Source: an uncultured Alphaproteobacteria bacterium
GTDB lineage: Bacteria; Pseudomonadota; Alphaproteobacteria; Rhizobiales; Xanthobacteraceae
Reading direction: 5' to 3'
DNA: 64,000 bases
Assembly: GCA_963738845.1 (NCBI GenBank)
Contig: CAVTYJ010000028.1
Span: 26,383-90,382 of the forward strand
A program made the translations under genes and the position numbers. The notes below the pieces were generated by a model that did no database searches, had not been told where the DNA came from, and saw only the letters and a program-made list of their open reading frames with translations. Below are positions 49,795 to 61,048 of this stretch, one piece after another (the first letter of the stretch is position 1; every line of letters starts with the position of its first letter).

Positions 49795-49828
49795 TGATAA
49801 TGGGTTTGACGCGGCCTATATAAGCAGC

Positions 49829-50863
49829 ATGCGAGCGCAAGACCTGATGTCGCCGACGCCGGCCGGCCTTTGCTGCAAAAAAGGCGGCTTTCACATCGAC
49901 CCCGTGCGGCCGGTCGAGCGGGCGCTCATCACCCATGGCCACTCCGATCATGCGCGTGCCGGCCACGGCGCCGTGCTGGCCACGCAGGAGACCCTCGACA
50001 TCATGCGGCTGCGCTATGGCGACAATTTCGCGGGCCGCACACAGGCGGTTCGCTATGGCGAGGAGATCCGCCTCGGAGAGGTCGCGATCAGGTTCCACCC
50101 GGCCGGCCATGTGCTGGGCTCGGCGCAGATCGAGGTCACGGCGCAGGGCACGCGCATCGTTGCGTCCGGCGACTACAAGGACGCGCCCGATCCGACCTGC
50201 GCGCCGTTCGAGCTCGTGCCCTGCGACGTCTTCATCACCGAGGCAACGTTCGGCCTGCCGGTGTTCCGGCACGGCAACGCGGCGGATGAGGTGAGAAAGC
50301 TCCTGGCATCGGTCAGGCTGTTTCCCGAGCGCGCGCATCTGGTCGGCGCGTACTCTCTTGGTAAAGCCCAACGTGTGATCGCGCTGATCCGCGAAGCCGG
50401 TTACGACGCCCCGATTTATCTGCATGGCGCGATGGAGAAGATCACGCAGTATTATGCGAGCCGCGGCATTGCGCTGGGCGAGCTGCGCGCCGTGCGCGGC
50501 ACCAAAAAGGCGGAGCTTGCCGGTGCGATCGCGATCGCGCCGCCATCCGCCACGTCCGACATCTGGACCCGGCGCTTCCCCGATCCCGTCACCGCGTTCG
50601 CGTCCGGCTGGATGCGCGTGCGCGCCCGCGCGCGGCAACGCGGCGTCGAGCTGCCGCTGGTGATTTCGGATCATGCCGACTGGGACGGGCTGACGGCCAC
50701 CATCGAAGCCACCGGCGCCGGCGAAATCTGGGTCACGCACGGCCAGGAAGACGCGCTGGTGCATTGGTGCAAATCGAGAGGACTGGCCGCGCGGCCGCTC
50801 GATCTCGTCGGCTATGGCGACGAGGAAGAGAGCGAGACGCTTGCGGAAGGCGAGGCGACATGA
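49829..50863 (+). CDS. ligase-associated DNA damage response exonuclease (metallo-beta-lactamase/beta-CASP fold)
   Basis: The HxHxDH motif (ITHGHSDHA) is present, and its stop overlaps the ligase start. The start is set at ATG 49829, because the longer ORF begins inside the REP element. Confidence 0.88.
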   Translation: MRAQDLMSPTPAGLCCKKGGFHIDPVRPVERALITHGHSDHARAGHGAVLATQETLDIMRLRYGDNFAGRTQAVRYGEEIRLGEVAIRFHPAGHVLGSAQIEVTAQGTRIVASGDYKDAPDPTCAPFELVPCDVFITEATFGLPVFRHGNAADEVRKLLASVRLFPERAHLVGAYSLGKAQRVIALIREAGYDAPIYLHGAMEKITQYYASRGIALGELRAVRGTKKAELAGAIAIAPPSATSDIWTRRFPDPVTAFASGWMRVRARARQRGVELPLVISDHADWDGLTATIEATGAGEIWVTHGQEDALVHWCKSRGLAARPLDLVGYGDEEESETLAEGEAT

Positions 50864-52560
50864 ACCGCCTCGCCGAGCTGCTCGATCGGCTGTCCTATGA
50901 GCCCGGCCGCAACAACAAGCTCAGGCTGATCACGGCCTATTTTCGCGAGGTCGGCGATCCCGATCGCGGCTATGCGCTGGCGGCGCTGACCGGCGCCTTG
51001 TCGTTCAAGCACGCCAAGCCCGGCTTGATCCGCGACCTGATCATGGAGCGCAGCGATCCCGTGCTGTTCGGCTACGCCTACGACTATGTCGGCGACCTCT
51101 CCGAGACTGTCGCATTGATGTGGCCGAAATCCCCCTCCCCCGCAAGCGGGGGAAGTAACAATCCCCCTCCACCGACGCTGACCGAGGTCGTCACCACGCT
51201 TCGCACGCTCGGCAAGACCGAGCTGCCGCGACAGCTTGCGCGCTGGCTCGACGAGCTCGACGAGACCGGGCGCTGGGCGCTGTTGAAGCTGGTGACCGGC
51301 GCGATGCGGATCGGCATCTCGGCGCGGCTGGCAAAAACCGCCGCGGCACAACTCGGCGACAAGGACCCGCACGAGATCGAGCTGATATGGCCGGGGCTTG
51401 CGCCTCCCTATGTCGACCTGTTCGCCTGGCTCGAGGGGCGCGGCGACAAGCCGGTCAACATCGATCCGGCGCCGTTCCATCCGGTGATGCTCGCGCATGC
51501 CATCGAGGAAGCGGATTTCGACAGCCTCAGCGCCGCCGACTTCGTCGCGGAATGGAAATGGGACGGCATCCGCGTGCAGGCGGTCTCGGGCCGCGAGGCG
51601 CGCGGCCATCCGTTGGCGCGACTTTATTCGCGAACCGGCGAGGACATGACCGGAAGCTTCCCCGACCTCATTCCGGCGCTGCATCTGCCCGGCGCGCTCG
51701 ACGGCGAATTGCTGGTGATGCGCGAGGGCCGCGTGCAGAGCTTCAATGTGCTGCAGCAACGGCTGAATCGCAAAGTGGTCTCGCCGAAGCTGATCAAGGA
51801 TTTTCCGATCCATCTGCGCGCCTACGACCTGCTCGGCGAAGGTTCGGACGACCTGCGCACCTTGCCCTTTGCCGAACGGCGGATGCGGCTGGAGGCTTTC
51901 GTCAAGAAGCTCGACGATCCCCGCATCGATCTTTCGCCCGTTGTCGCCTTTGCAAGCTGGGACGAGCTCGCCGCCGCGCGTGCCGATCCCGCCTCAGCCG
52001 GCGCGGGCGAGGACGCCGAAGCGGTCGAAGGCGTGATGCTCAAGCGGCGCGACGCGCCCTATCTGCCGGGCCGCCCCAAGGGCCAATGGTGGAAATGGAA
52101 GCGCGATCCGCACATCATCGATGCGGTGCTGATGTATGCGCAGCGCGGCCACGGCAAACGCTCCTCCTACTATTCCGATTACACGTTCGGTGTGTGGACC
52201 GCGGGCGAGGACGGCGAGCAGCTCGTGCCGGTCGGCAAGGCCTATTTCGGCTTCACCGACGAGGAGCTTCTGCAAATCGACCGCTTCGTCCGCCGCAACA
52301 CGACGGAGAAGTTCGGCCCGGTCCGCCATGTCGTGCACGAACCGAACCAGGGCCTCGTCATGGAGGTCGCCTTCGAGGGCTTGCAGCGCTCGACCAGGCA
52401 CAAATCGGGGATCGCGATGCGCTTTCCGCGCATCAGCCGCCTGCGCTGGGACAAGCCGCCGCGCGACGCCGACCGGCTGGAAACGCTGGAAAGGCTCTTG
52501 AAGAACGAAGCCAAAGGCAAAGTCGCGGAGACGTCCGGTTCGCGCCAGGAAAACCTGTAA
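50860..52560 (+). CDS. ATP-dependent DNA ligase (ligase-associated damage response type)
   Basis: Adenylation motif I KxDG (AEWKWDGIR), motif V/OB region (EGVMLKRRDAPY, WWKWK). The ATGA overlap couples it to the exonuclease gene. Confidence 0.92.
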   Translation: MNRLAELLDRLSYEPGRNNKLRLITAYFREVGDPDRGYALAALTGALSFKHAKPGLIRDLIMERSDPVLFGYAYDYVGDLSETVALMWPKSPSPASGGSNNPPPPTLTEVVTTLRTLGKTELPRQLARWLDELDETGRWALLKLVTGAMRIGISARLAKTAAAQLGDKDPHEIELIWPGLAPPYVDLFAWLEGRGDKPVNIDPAPFHPVMLAHAIEEADFDSLSAADFVAEWKWDGIRVQAVSGREARGHPLARLYSRTGEDMTGSFPDLIPALHLPGALDGELLVMREGRVQSFNVLQQRLNRKVVSPKLIKDFPIHLRAYDLLGEGSDDLRTLPFAERRMRLEAFVKKLDDPRIDLSPVVAFASWDELAAARADPASAGAGEDAEAVEGVMLKRRDAPYLPGRPKGQWWKWKRDPHIIDAVLMYAQRGHGKRSSYYSDYTFGVWTAGEDGEQLVPVGKAYFGFTDEELLQIDRFVRRNTTEKFGPVRHVVHEPNQGLVMEVAFEGLQRSTRHKSGIAMRFPRISRLRWDKPPRDADRLETLERLLKNEAKGKVAETSGSRQENL

Positions 52561-52657
52561 AATAAAGTTTTGGTAAGCTCTGGCGCCGACGAACCGGTTC
52601 CCCATTTGCTTCCCGCCGGTGTAGAATCGGCGTGGCGAATCCGCGAGGACTTAAGCG

Positions 52658-52960
52658 ATGCCCCAGGACACCAGAGAATTGCCCGCCACAAGCGACGGCC
52701 TCACCCGCTTTCTCGGCGGCACGCCGATGTCGGTGGCGTTCCGGTTGATTCTCCTGTCGGTCCTGGTCGGCGTCGTGCTGGCCGCGATCGGTTTCGATCC
52801 CTACAACATCCTGCGCAGCATCGAGCTGTTGTTCCGCCGGCTCTGGGATCTCGGCTTCGATGCCGTGAACTGGCTGTGGCGCTATTTCCTGCTGGGCGCC
52901 GTCATCGTGATCCCGATCTGGTTCCTGTCGCGGGTGTTCAGCTCGCCGCGCGGTCGCTAA
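52658..52960 (+). CDS. small integral membrane protein (two TM segments), unknown function
   Basis: Two hydrophobic segments (VAFRLILLSVLVGVVLAAIGF and WRYFLLGAVIVIPIWFL). An alternative start is at MSVAFRL. Confidence 0.6.
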   Translation: MPQDTRELPATSDGLTRFLGGTPMSVAFRLILLSVLVGVVLAAIGFDPYNILRSIELLFRRLWDLGFDAVNWLWRYFLLGAVIVIPIWFLSRVFSSPRGR

Positions 52961-53070
52961 ACCTGACGACGCCCGTTGATCGGCATCGTCTCGACCGCCG
53001 CGATCGGACGATTGGGCGACGCCGCATTGCTGGGCGGCGTCGCGATGGCGTCCTTCATGCGGGTTACTGG

Positions 53071-53092
53071 ATGCCCCGCATGCGCGGGGCAT
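53071..53092. repeat. 9-bp GC-rich hairpin between convergent genes (REP/terminator-like)
   Basis: ATGCCCCGC-atgc-GCGGGGCAT. It lies between the small membrane gene and the 3' end of pyrD. Confidence 0.5.
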
Positions 53093-53110
53093 GACGGGCG
53101 GAAGAGAAAA

Positions 53111-54211
53111 TCACCCCGGCCAATCCTCGGCGGTGAGCGCGGCCGCGTCGGCGCCGACGATCTCGGCGAGATGCTCGCGCCCGGTGCGGAGCAATGTCGA
53201 CACCAGGTCGTTCTTGATGTCCTCGACAAGCCCGAGCCCCTTGTAGATCAGCGGCGAATAGAGCTGGATCAGGCTCGCGCCCGCGCGAATCTTCATCAGC
53301 GCCGCGCCGCCGCTATCGATGCCGCCGACGCCCACCAGCGGAAACGCGCTCTCCACGCGCACATAGGTTTCGGCCACCATGCGCGTCGCAAGCCGGAACA
53401 GCGGACGACCCGACAGACCGCCCTGCTCCCTGGCGCGCTCCGTCTCGCGCAAGGTCGACGGCCGCCCGACCGTGGTATTGGCGACGATCATGCCGTCGAC
53501 GCGTCGCGAGCGCGCGACGTGGACGACCTCGTCGAGCTCGGCAAGGCTCAAGTCCGGCGCGATCTTGAGCAGCACCGGCGTATCGCCGGCGGTCTCGCGC
53601 ACGCGCTCGCGCGCGTCGATCACCTTGGCCAGCAAATCGTCGAGAATGTGCGCCTGCTGCAGGTTGCGCAGGCCCGGCGTGTTCGGCGAGGAGACGTTGA
53701 CGGTGAAATAGCTCGCCACCGGAGCAAAGGCCTCGATCAGCTTGACGTAGTCGGCGACGCGATCGGGCGAATCCTTGTTGGCGCCGATATTGACGCCGAC
53801 GATGCCGCCCAGATGCGCGCGCGAGGCGAGCCGCCGCAGCACGGCGTCCGCGCCGTCATTGTTGAAGCCCATGCGGTTGATGATGGCTTCGTCGCGCTCG
53901 AGCCGAAACAGCCGCGGTCGCCCATTGCCGGCCTGCGGCTTCGGCGTCACCGTGCCGATCTCGACAAAACCGAAGCCGAACCTGAGCAGCGCATCGGCGA
54001 CTTCCGCATTCTTGTCGAAGCCGGCGGCCATGCCGACAGGGTTCGGAAAATTCAGCCCGAAGGCGCGCACCGCGAGTTTCGGATCGTCGGCACGCGGCCG
54101 CACCGGCGGCAGCAGCTTCAAGCCCTGGATCGCCAGGCGATGGGCGTCCTCGGGATCGAGCCAGCGCAAGAGCGGCAGCGAGAACGAGAACAGGTCGACG
54201 GCGCGGATCAC
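53111..54211 (-). CDS. pyrD: quinone-dependent dihydroorotate dehydrogenase (class 2)
   Basis: Membrane-associated N-terminus, GFVEIGTVTP, NRMGFNN, GVNIGANKDS and the catalytic Ser context (VNVSSPNTPGLR). Confidence 0.94.
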   Translation of the reverse strand: MIRAVDLFSFSLPLLRWLDPEDAHRLAIQGLKLLPPVRPRADDPKLAVRAFGLNFPNPVGMAAGFDKNAEVADALLRFGFGFVEIGTVTPKPQAGNGRPRLFRLERDEAIINRMGFNNDGADAVLRRLASRAHLGGIVGVNIGANKDSPDRVADYVKLIEAFAPVASYFTVNVSSPNTPGLRNLQQAHILDDLLAKVIDARERVRETAGDTPVLLKIAPDLSLAELDEVVHVARSRRVDGMIVANTTVGRPSTLRETERAREQGGLSGRPLFRLATRMVAETYVRVESAFPLVGVGGIDSGGAALMKIRAGASLIQLYSPLIYKGLGLVEDIKNDLVSTLLRTGREHLAEIVGADAAALTAEDWPG

Positions 54212-54552
54212 GGTTTCAGCTCCGAAATGTCATGGCTGCCGTCGGGGCGGACCTGCATGGAGAGCACGCGCTTGACCGCGCCGAGATCGAGCGTGCCATA
54301 CAGATGCGGAAACAATTCATCGTTGCGCGAACGCTCCCAGCGCAGCGCATCCCCGAGCGCATCGGTCTCGACTTCAACCAGCAACAATTCGGCCTGGCCG
54401 GAGAAGAATTTTCGCGCGGTGCCCGGCACCTGGGCGGCGGTCGAGAAATGGATAAAGCCGTCACGCGCGTCGTCGGCGCTGCCGCGATAGACGCCGACAC
54501 GCTCTGCCTCCCGCCAGGCCGAAGCGGGGCAAATCTTGTAGATGACAGGCAC
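54208..54552 (-). CDS. DUF952 domain-containing protein
   Basis: The 114-aa protein has IYKICPASAWREAE...DGFIHFSTAAQV...LFPHLYG, typical of DUF952. Its stop overlaps the pyrD start. Confidence 0.8.
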   Translation of the reverse strand: MPVIYKICPASAWREAERVGVYRGSADDARDGFIHFSTAAQVPGTARKFFSGQAELLLVEVETDALGDALRWERSRNDELFPHLYGTLDLGAVKRVLSMQVRPDGSHDISELKP

Positions 54553-54797
54553 CTGCTTGAAATGACTGGTTTGCTGATGAGCTTGATAGTTCCCGGAACA
54601 ATTCGCCGACCGTATCGGCGGCCCCGGTTGAACTCAAGGGCAGCTTCCACCCTGCGGGGCGGCAGGAGCGCTTTTTCCCGCACACGGCGGCGCCGGGTCA
54701 CACCTTCGCCGCCCGCTGTGTCGGGAGGATTGCGACAATCGGCTGGTTGCCGCAGCAGCGACCCGCATTGACAAAGCTTCGCAGCGACGGCACCGAC

Positions 54798-55577
54798 CTA
54801 TGTCGCGTAGTCCGGCTCCTTGCGGTCGAGAATGCGCTTGAGCGCATCGAAATGCCGCTGCGCGGGCGGCGGATTGTACAGGCTGCCGCCGCCGATATCG
54901 CGCTTGGTCTTCGCGACCACCGGCTCCGGCAATTGCTTCAGCTTCTGCCCGGTCCACATCGCATAGATCTGCACCTGCGCCGCGCGCTCGATGTAATAGA
55001 GCCGGTCATAGGCGTCCGCGACGGTCTCGCCGACGGTGGAGATGCCGTGATTGGCCATGAACAGCACGGTCTTGTCGCCGATCACGCGCGCAAGCCGCGC
55101 GCCTTCGGCCGGATCGAGCGCAGGCCCGGTATATTCGTCGTCATAGGCGATCTCGTTGATCATGCCGACCTCGGTCTGGCCGATCTCCTTGATGCAGGGG
55201 TCCTCGAGCCGCGTCAGCGCGCTGGCATAGGGCATGTGGGTGTGGAAGACGACCTTGGCCTGCGGCAGCGCCTTGTGGATCGGCGCATGGATGCAAAAGC
55301 AGGAGCGCTCGACATCGCCAGAGCCGCTCTTCACCTCGCCGTCGTCGATGCCGACCTCCATGAAGGAGGACGCCGTCACCTCCGACCAATGCATGCCGAA
55401 CGGAATCTGGTAGTAGCGATCGCTCCGACCGGGCACCACCAAGGTCAGATGGTTGAAGATACCCTCGCTGAAGCCATGCATCCAGGCCAGCCGATGCGCG
55501 GCCGCAAGATCGACCCTCGCCTGCCATTCCTCGGCGCTGCATTCGGCGAGCGTCTTGGGCGAGACCCTGAATTGCAT
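54798..55577 (-). CDS. class II aldolase/adducin family protein
   Basis: Metal-ligand histidine regions (IHAPIHKA, VFHTHMPYA, LFMANHG) typical of the class II aldolase/adducin N-terminal domain. Confidence 0.85.
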   Translation of the reverse strand: MQFRVSPKTLAECSAEEWQARVDLAAAHRLAWMHGFSEGIFNHLTLVVPGRSDRYYQIPFGMHWSEVTASSFMEVGIDDGEVKSGSGDVERSCFCIHAPIHKALPQAKVVFHTHMPYASALTRLEDPCIKEIGQTEVGMINEIAYDDEYTGPALDPAEGARLARVIGDKTVLFMANHGISTVGETVADAYDRLYYIERAAQVQIYAMWTGQKLKQLPEPVVAKTKRDIGGGSLYNPPPAQRHFDALKRILDRKEPDYAT

Positions 55578-55635
55578 GCGTATCTCCCTGCGGCCTTGTT
55601 GTTGCGGCCGGCAATATAGCGCAGTCCAAAACGCC

Positions 55636-55728
55636 CGTCATGGCCGGGCTTGACCCGGCCATCCATCAAAAATGAAAGGCTCTCTTGCAAAGTCAGATGG
55701 ATGCGCCGGTCAAGCCCGCGCATGACGA
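55636..55728. repeat. REP-like composite element (same family as 49681-49794) downstream of lysRS
   Basis: CGTCATGGCCGGGCTTGACCCGGCCATCCATC...AGATGGATGCGCCGGTCAAGCCCGCGCATGACG. The outer GTCATG/CATGAC and inner CCATCCATC/GATGGATG arms are inverted repeats. Confidence 0.75.
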
Positions 55729-55791
55729 GCACGCTGACAACGGGATGGCAGGGTGGGCAAAGCCTTTGCGTTTGCCCGCCCTACAATGTGA

Positions 55792-57474
<1,683 letters not shown>

Positions 57475-57477
57475 CTA

Positions 57478-57550
57478 GGGTGGGCAAAGGCGCTTTTGCG
57501 CCGTGCCCACCATTGTCGAGGCGGTGGGCACGCTTCCGCCTTGCCCACCC
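57478..57550. repeat. pair of REP-like hairpins GGTGGGCA...TGCCCACC
   Basis: GGGTGGGCAaaggcgcttttgcgccgTGCCCACC and GGTGGGCAcgcttccgccTTGCCCACCC lie between the lysRS start and the end of the binding-protein gene. Confidence 0.75.
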
Positions 57551-57557
57551 CACGCCC

Positions 57558-58478
57558 CTAGAACGGGCTCACCGAGAAATAGCGCAGCCACAGATCGGTG
57601 TAGCGGCCTTTTTCCCAGACCCGGAACAGCGCCCAGTTCAGCGCCTGCCTGAGCAGGTCGTTACCCTTGCGTACGGCGATGCCGATGCCCTCGCCGAAAA
57701 AGCGGCTCTCGATGAACGGGCCGCCCGAGAAGGCGCAACAGTCGGCCGAATCCGTTCCGTTGACCCAGAATGCGAGCGAGATGGCGTCGCCGAAGATGAA
57801 ATCGACCTCGCCGCGCCGAAGGGCAAGCCGCAGCGCATCGTCGTTCGGATAGGAATGCAATTCGGCGTCGGTGAACATCGCCTTGAGGTAGGCCTCATGC
57901 GCGGAGCCGGCGATGGCGCCGACCTTCTTGCCCTCGAGATATTCCGGGCGGACCTCGGGCAGGACCGCGTCGCGCCGCGAGACGAACCGCGCCGGCGCCC
58001 GGTAATAGGGATCGGTAAAATCGACCCGGGCGCGCAACTGCGGCGTCACCGCCATCGAGGCGATGATGGCATCGCCCCGGTTGCTCGCGATCGCATCGAG
58101 CAGCGTCTCGAAACGGCGCATCTGGATGGTGCAGGTGACCTTGATCTCCTCGCACAGTGCGCGCGCCAGATCGACATTGAAGCCGGCCGGGTTGCCGTCG
58201 GCGCCGGTGAAGTTGAACGGCGGGTAGTCGGTCTCGGTGAGGAAGCGGATCACCGAGATGCGCGAGAGATCCGGCCGCTCCGGACGGCGTCGCGGGTCCC
58301 AGAAACCGGGCACGGCCTGCGGGGCGGCTTCGACCGGGGGCTTGGGCGCGGTTTGGGCCATGGCCGCACCGTGCGGCCAGGCAAGCGCGACCACGAAAGC
58401 CGCCGCCATGCCGGCCTCACGCCATCTTCCAGCGCCGATGAAGGTGTCTGTCCTGTCTGACTGCAATGCTTTGGCCAA
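57558..58478 (-). CDS. periplasmic substrate-binding protein (family 3, amino-acid ABC type), orphan
   Basis: SBP_bac_3 pattern (YPPFNF...GFNVDLARALCEEI...DAIIASMAVTP...DFTDPYY). The start is uncertain (58478 or 58409). Confidence 0.82.
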   Translation of the reverse strand: MAKALQSDRTDTFIGAGRWREAGMAAAFVVALAWPHGAAMAQTAPKPPVEAAPQAVPGFWDPRRRPERPDLSRISVIRFLTETDYPPFNFTGADGNPAGFNVDLARALCEEIKVTCTIQMRRFETLLDAIASNRGDAIIASMAVTPQLRARVDFTDPYYRAPARFVSRRDAVLPEVRPEYLEGKKVGAIAGSAHEAYLKAMFTDAELHSYPNDDALRLALRRGEVDFIFGDAISLAFWVNGTDSADCCAFSGGPFIESRFFGEGIGIAVRKGNDLLRQALNWALFRVWEKGRYTDLWLRYFSVSPF

Positions 58479-58553
58479 TTGCTCGGATTTGGGCGGCCTT
58501 ATAGACCATCCCGGCGATAATTCGAGGGCCGTCTTGCGGCCGGCCGCGGCGAA

Positions 58554-59144
58554 CTACAGATACTTCTTCAGGTCGGCGGCGGCCTCATCCGGCGTCCGGT
58601 TGAGGTTGAAGGGCGCGACAAACCTGCCGTCGCGATCCATCAGATAGGTCAGAGCGGTGTGATCCATCGTGTAATCGCCATCCTTCAACGGAACCTTCTT
58701 GGCATAGACACGATAGGCGGAGAGCACTTTCGCGATCGCCTCGGGATCGCCGGTCAGGCCCTGCAGGTGCGGATCGAAGCTCGACAGATAGTCCTTCATC
58801 GCCTCCCTGCTGTCGCGCTCGGGATCCACGGAGATGAAATAGGCATTGACACGATCGGCATCCTTGCCCATCGCGCGCAGAATCTCGGAAATCTCGAACA
58901 GCGCGGTCGGGCAGACGTCGGGACAATGGGTGAAGCCGAAAAAGATCAGGGTCGGCCGGCCCACCAGGTTCTTGTCCGTGACTGTCGCGCCGCTCTGGTC
59001 GGTCAGTTGAAACGGGCCGCCGATCGCCGCAGGCGCGGTGACGCCGCGCACGCCGCCGAGCGCCCACAACATGATGAGCAGGCCGAGCAGGAGGCTTGCG
59101 GCAAAGGCCGTGACAATCACGAGCGGGCGGGCGGTCCGGTCCAT
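58554..59144 (-). CDS. SCO1/SenC family copper chaperone (thioredoxin fold)
   Basis: TM anchor plus the CxxxC copper site in FGFTHCPDVCP and the downstream His (YTMDHT). Confidence 0.92.
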   Translation of the reverse strand: MDRTARPLVIVTAFAASLLLGLLIMLWALGGVRGVTAPAAIGGPFQLTDQSGATVTDKNLVGRPTLIFFGFTHCPDVCPTALFEISEILRAMGKDADRVNAYFISVDPERDSREAMKDYLSSFDPHLQGLTGDPEAIAKVLSAYRVYAKKVPLKDGDYTMDHTALTYLMDRDGRFVAPFNLNRTPDEAAADLKKYL

Positions 59145-59160
59145 TGCCTTTCCCTTGACG

Positions 59161-59352
59161 TCAGAAGCAGGCCGAAACGCCTGAGGTGATCATCTCAAAG
59201 AACACCGTGGTGCCGTAATGATACCAAAGCCCGAGTGCCGCCACGGTTGCGATGGCGCAAACCAATAGACCTCCCCAGACCAGCGCCAGGCGGAGCCCGC
59301 GCGAGGGCCAGGAGATCGCGACCATTTTATGCGTGGCAAGGGGCTGCGCCAT
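59161..59352 (-). CDS. small membrane protein upstream of the SCO gene (hypothetical)
   Basis: The 63-aa protein has one clear TM segment (LALVWGGLLVCAIATVAALGLW). It ends 17 nt before the SCO start on the same strand. I recognise no family. Confidence 0.4.
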   Translation of the reverse strand: MAQPLATHKMVAISWPSRGLRLALVWGGLLVCAIATVAALGLWYHYGTTVFFEMITSGVSACF

Positions 59353-59459
59353 GCCCCTGACTTAGGAGTTCGCGGGCGCGGGGGCAAGCGCATCCAGCCG
59401 CGCCACCCATCAACTCATGCGGAGGAAATGCGCGATGTCGGCGCGGCCTCTCTCAGCCT

Positions 59460-59487
59460 GACTGATTCAGCGTGACTGATTCAGCGT
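59460..59487. repeat. 14-bp tandem duplication spanning the stop codon of the 59481-60002 CDS
   Basis: GACTGATTCAGCGT occurs twice back to back. Confidence 0.9.
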
Positions 59488-60002
59488 GATCTGGGCCGGA
59501 AGGCGGAGGCCTGGGCGTCCGGGTCCGGATAGCGCAGCACCGGCACCCTCGAGGTGGACGCCTGCGCGTCCAGGTAGCAGGGCTTGTACAGCGCCTGCAG
59601 CTCCCTGCCGCGCAGGAAGATCATCCGCGGGGTCAACCCGCCACGCTGGGCGATCCAGTGCCGCACGGGCGAGGGATACATCGAATAGAGCATCTGGGTG
59701 GCTTCAGGATTGGTGATGGCCCGGCCATTGGCACCGAAATCCCAAGCGGCGTGGAAGCCCAGCGTCGCATGCGAGGTGACGCAGATCTTGTCATGAGGTA
59801 TCGCGCCGAGAACGATGGTGCAGGCCGAGGCGCAGAGCCCGTCGATGATCACGCTTTCACCGGACGAGCGCAGGCCTTGGTACCTGTCGACATAGGTTCC
59901 GATCCGGCCGCCACGGTCGTCCGCGATCCGGACCACCGCATGACTTGCCCCCACGCCCGCCAACAAGAGAACCGCCGCGAGCAATCCCGTCACAAACTTC
60001 AT
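59481..60002 (-). CDS. secreted protein, short COG3904/ClpP-fold-like relative of the 39274-40122 product
   Basis: Signal peptide (MKFVTGLLAAVLLLAGVGASHA). It shares CASAC(T/V)(I/L)...LG(F/V)H and the downstream layout with the 39.3 kb protein. Confidence 0.6.
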   Translation of the reverse strand: MKFVTGLLAAVLLLAGVGASHAVVRIADDRGGRIGTYVDRYQGLRSSGESVIIDGLCASACTIVLGAIPHDKICVTSHATLGFHAAWDFGANGRAITNPEATQMLYSMYPSPVRHWIAQRGGLTPRMIFLRGRELQALYKPCYLDAQASTSRVPVLRYPDPDAQASAFRPRSR

Positions 60003-60527
60003 GTCCCAGCCCCAGTCGAAGTCCCGTTGAAGTCCTGTTGAATCCGAACTTGGTCGTCTTCAGTGATGCAGTGATGCGAACTGGTCCCTAGCCTCATTCG
60101 ACTCCCAGTTTTTGTCTAGGTGGATGGACCTCTTCGAACCAAATTCAAATCGGGTGTTGCGTCCGGGTTGCACCTTCCCCCAAGGAGGTGCTGTAACGGA
60201 ACAGAGTTAAGTACTTGTCAGCGTTGACTGCTGTTCCCGTCACAGTTTCGCCGAGGACTTTTCCGGCCGCCGCCGGCACTTACGGAATGGGCGGACATTG
60301 CGCAGAACAAATGGGCGAAAAAAAGCCGCTCTGTAAAAAGGCAACCATTTTGCCGGAACCTCGCCGCGAAATTTCCTTGCGGCTCCCATGGTTTTCGACC
60401 GATAAACCCAAGCTCGCGCAGGTTTAGTCCATCGCGCCATGCTCGCGACCCCGGGGGGCAGCCATTTCCAGCCCGCCCGGACAATCGCCTTGCATTTTTT
60501 GCCTCAAGGCCCGAGACACAAGGCTCA

Positions 60528-60899
60528 GTGCAAATCGTTTTCAGGCAGGAGCAGGACTTGATCGAACAGGACGAATTCTCACCGTGCCGACTCCACGAGT
60601 ACAAAGGCACGTTCAGCCTGCTCTTCGCGCGCTTCGACAACGATTTCATGGACCGCGCCGAAAAGCACAAGGGCATGGGCGGCGGCTACACGATGGAGGC
60701 GATGGTCGATGCCGCGCTCGCGATTGAAGGGCTCGAGCTTGCGGACCTGGAGCCGGCGTCGGAGGCAAGCATGTTCTCGATGCGTGGCGAGAAGAGCTCG
60801 TTGAAAATCGTCGCCGACATCGTCCGCAGGCTGCTCTCCGAGCCCGATTATGCCGAAGCATCGATCGCCCATTCGGTTGCCCAGGGCAAGTTCGAATAA
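60528..60899 (+). CDS. hypothetical acidic protein (123 aa), no family recognised
   Basis: ORF with a GTG start in a lower-GC block. It has no signal peptide or TM segment. Coding status is unverified. Confidence 0.4.
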   Translation: MQIVFRQEQDLIEQDEFSPCRLHEYKGTFSLLFARFDNDFMDRAEKHKGMGGGYTMEAMVDAALAIEGLELADLEPASEASMFSMRGEKSSLKIVADIVRRLLSEPDYAEASIAHSVAQGKFE

Positions 60900-61048
60900 C
60901 GCTCCGAAGATTTCCGCAGCGGGTTGCGAGTTCGTGGAATAGCCGACCGCGACCTTTCATCTCGGTTCGCTCGCGCCCCCCTGGCGGGTTTGCGGATCGC
61001 GCCGCCCCGCGCTAAGGAGATCGCGCCACCTAGAGATCGGAGAGCGTT

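Noticed and set aside
49685-49828. An upstream start (49685) for the exonuclease gene.
   Set aside because: The extra 48 codons lie entirely inside the REP-like element at 49681-49794. The conserved metallo-beta-lactamase domain begins just after ATG 49829.
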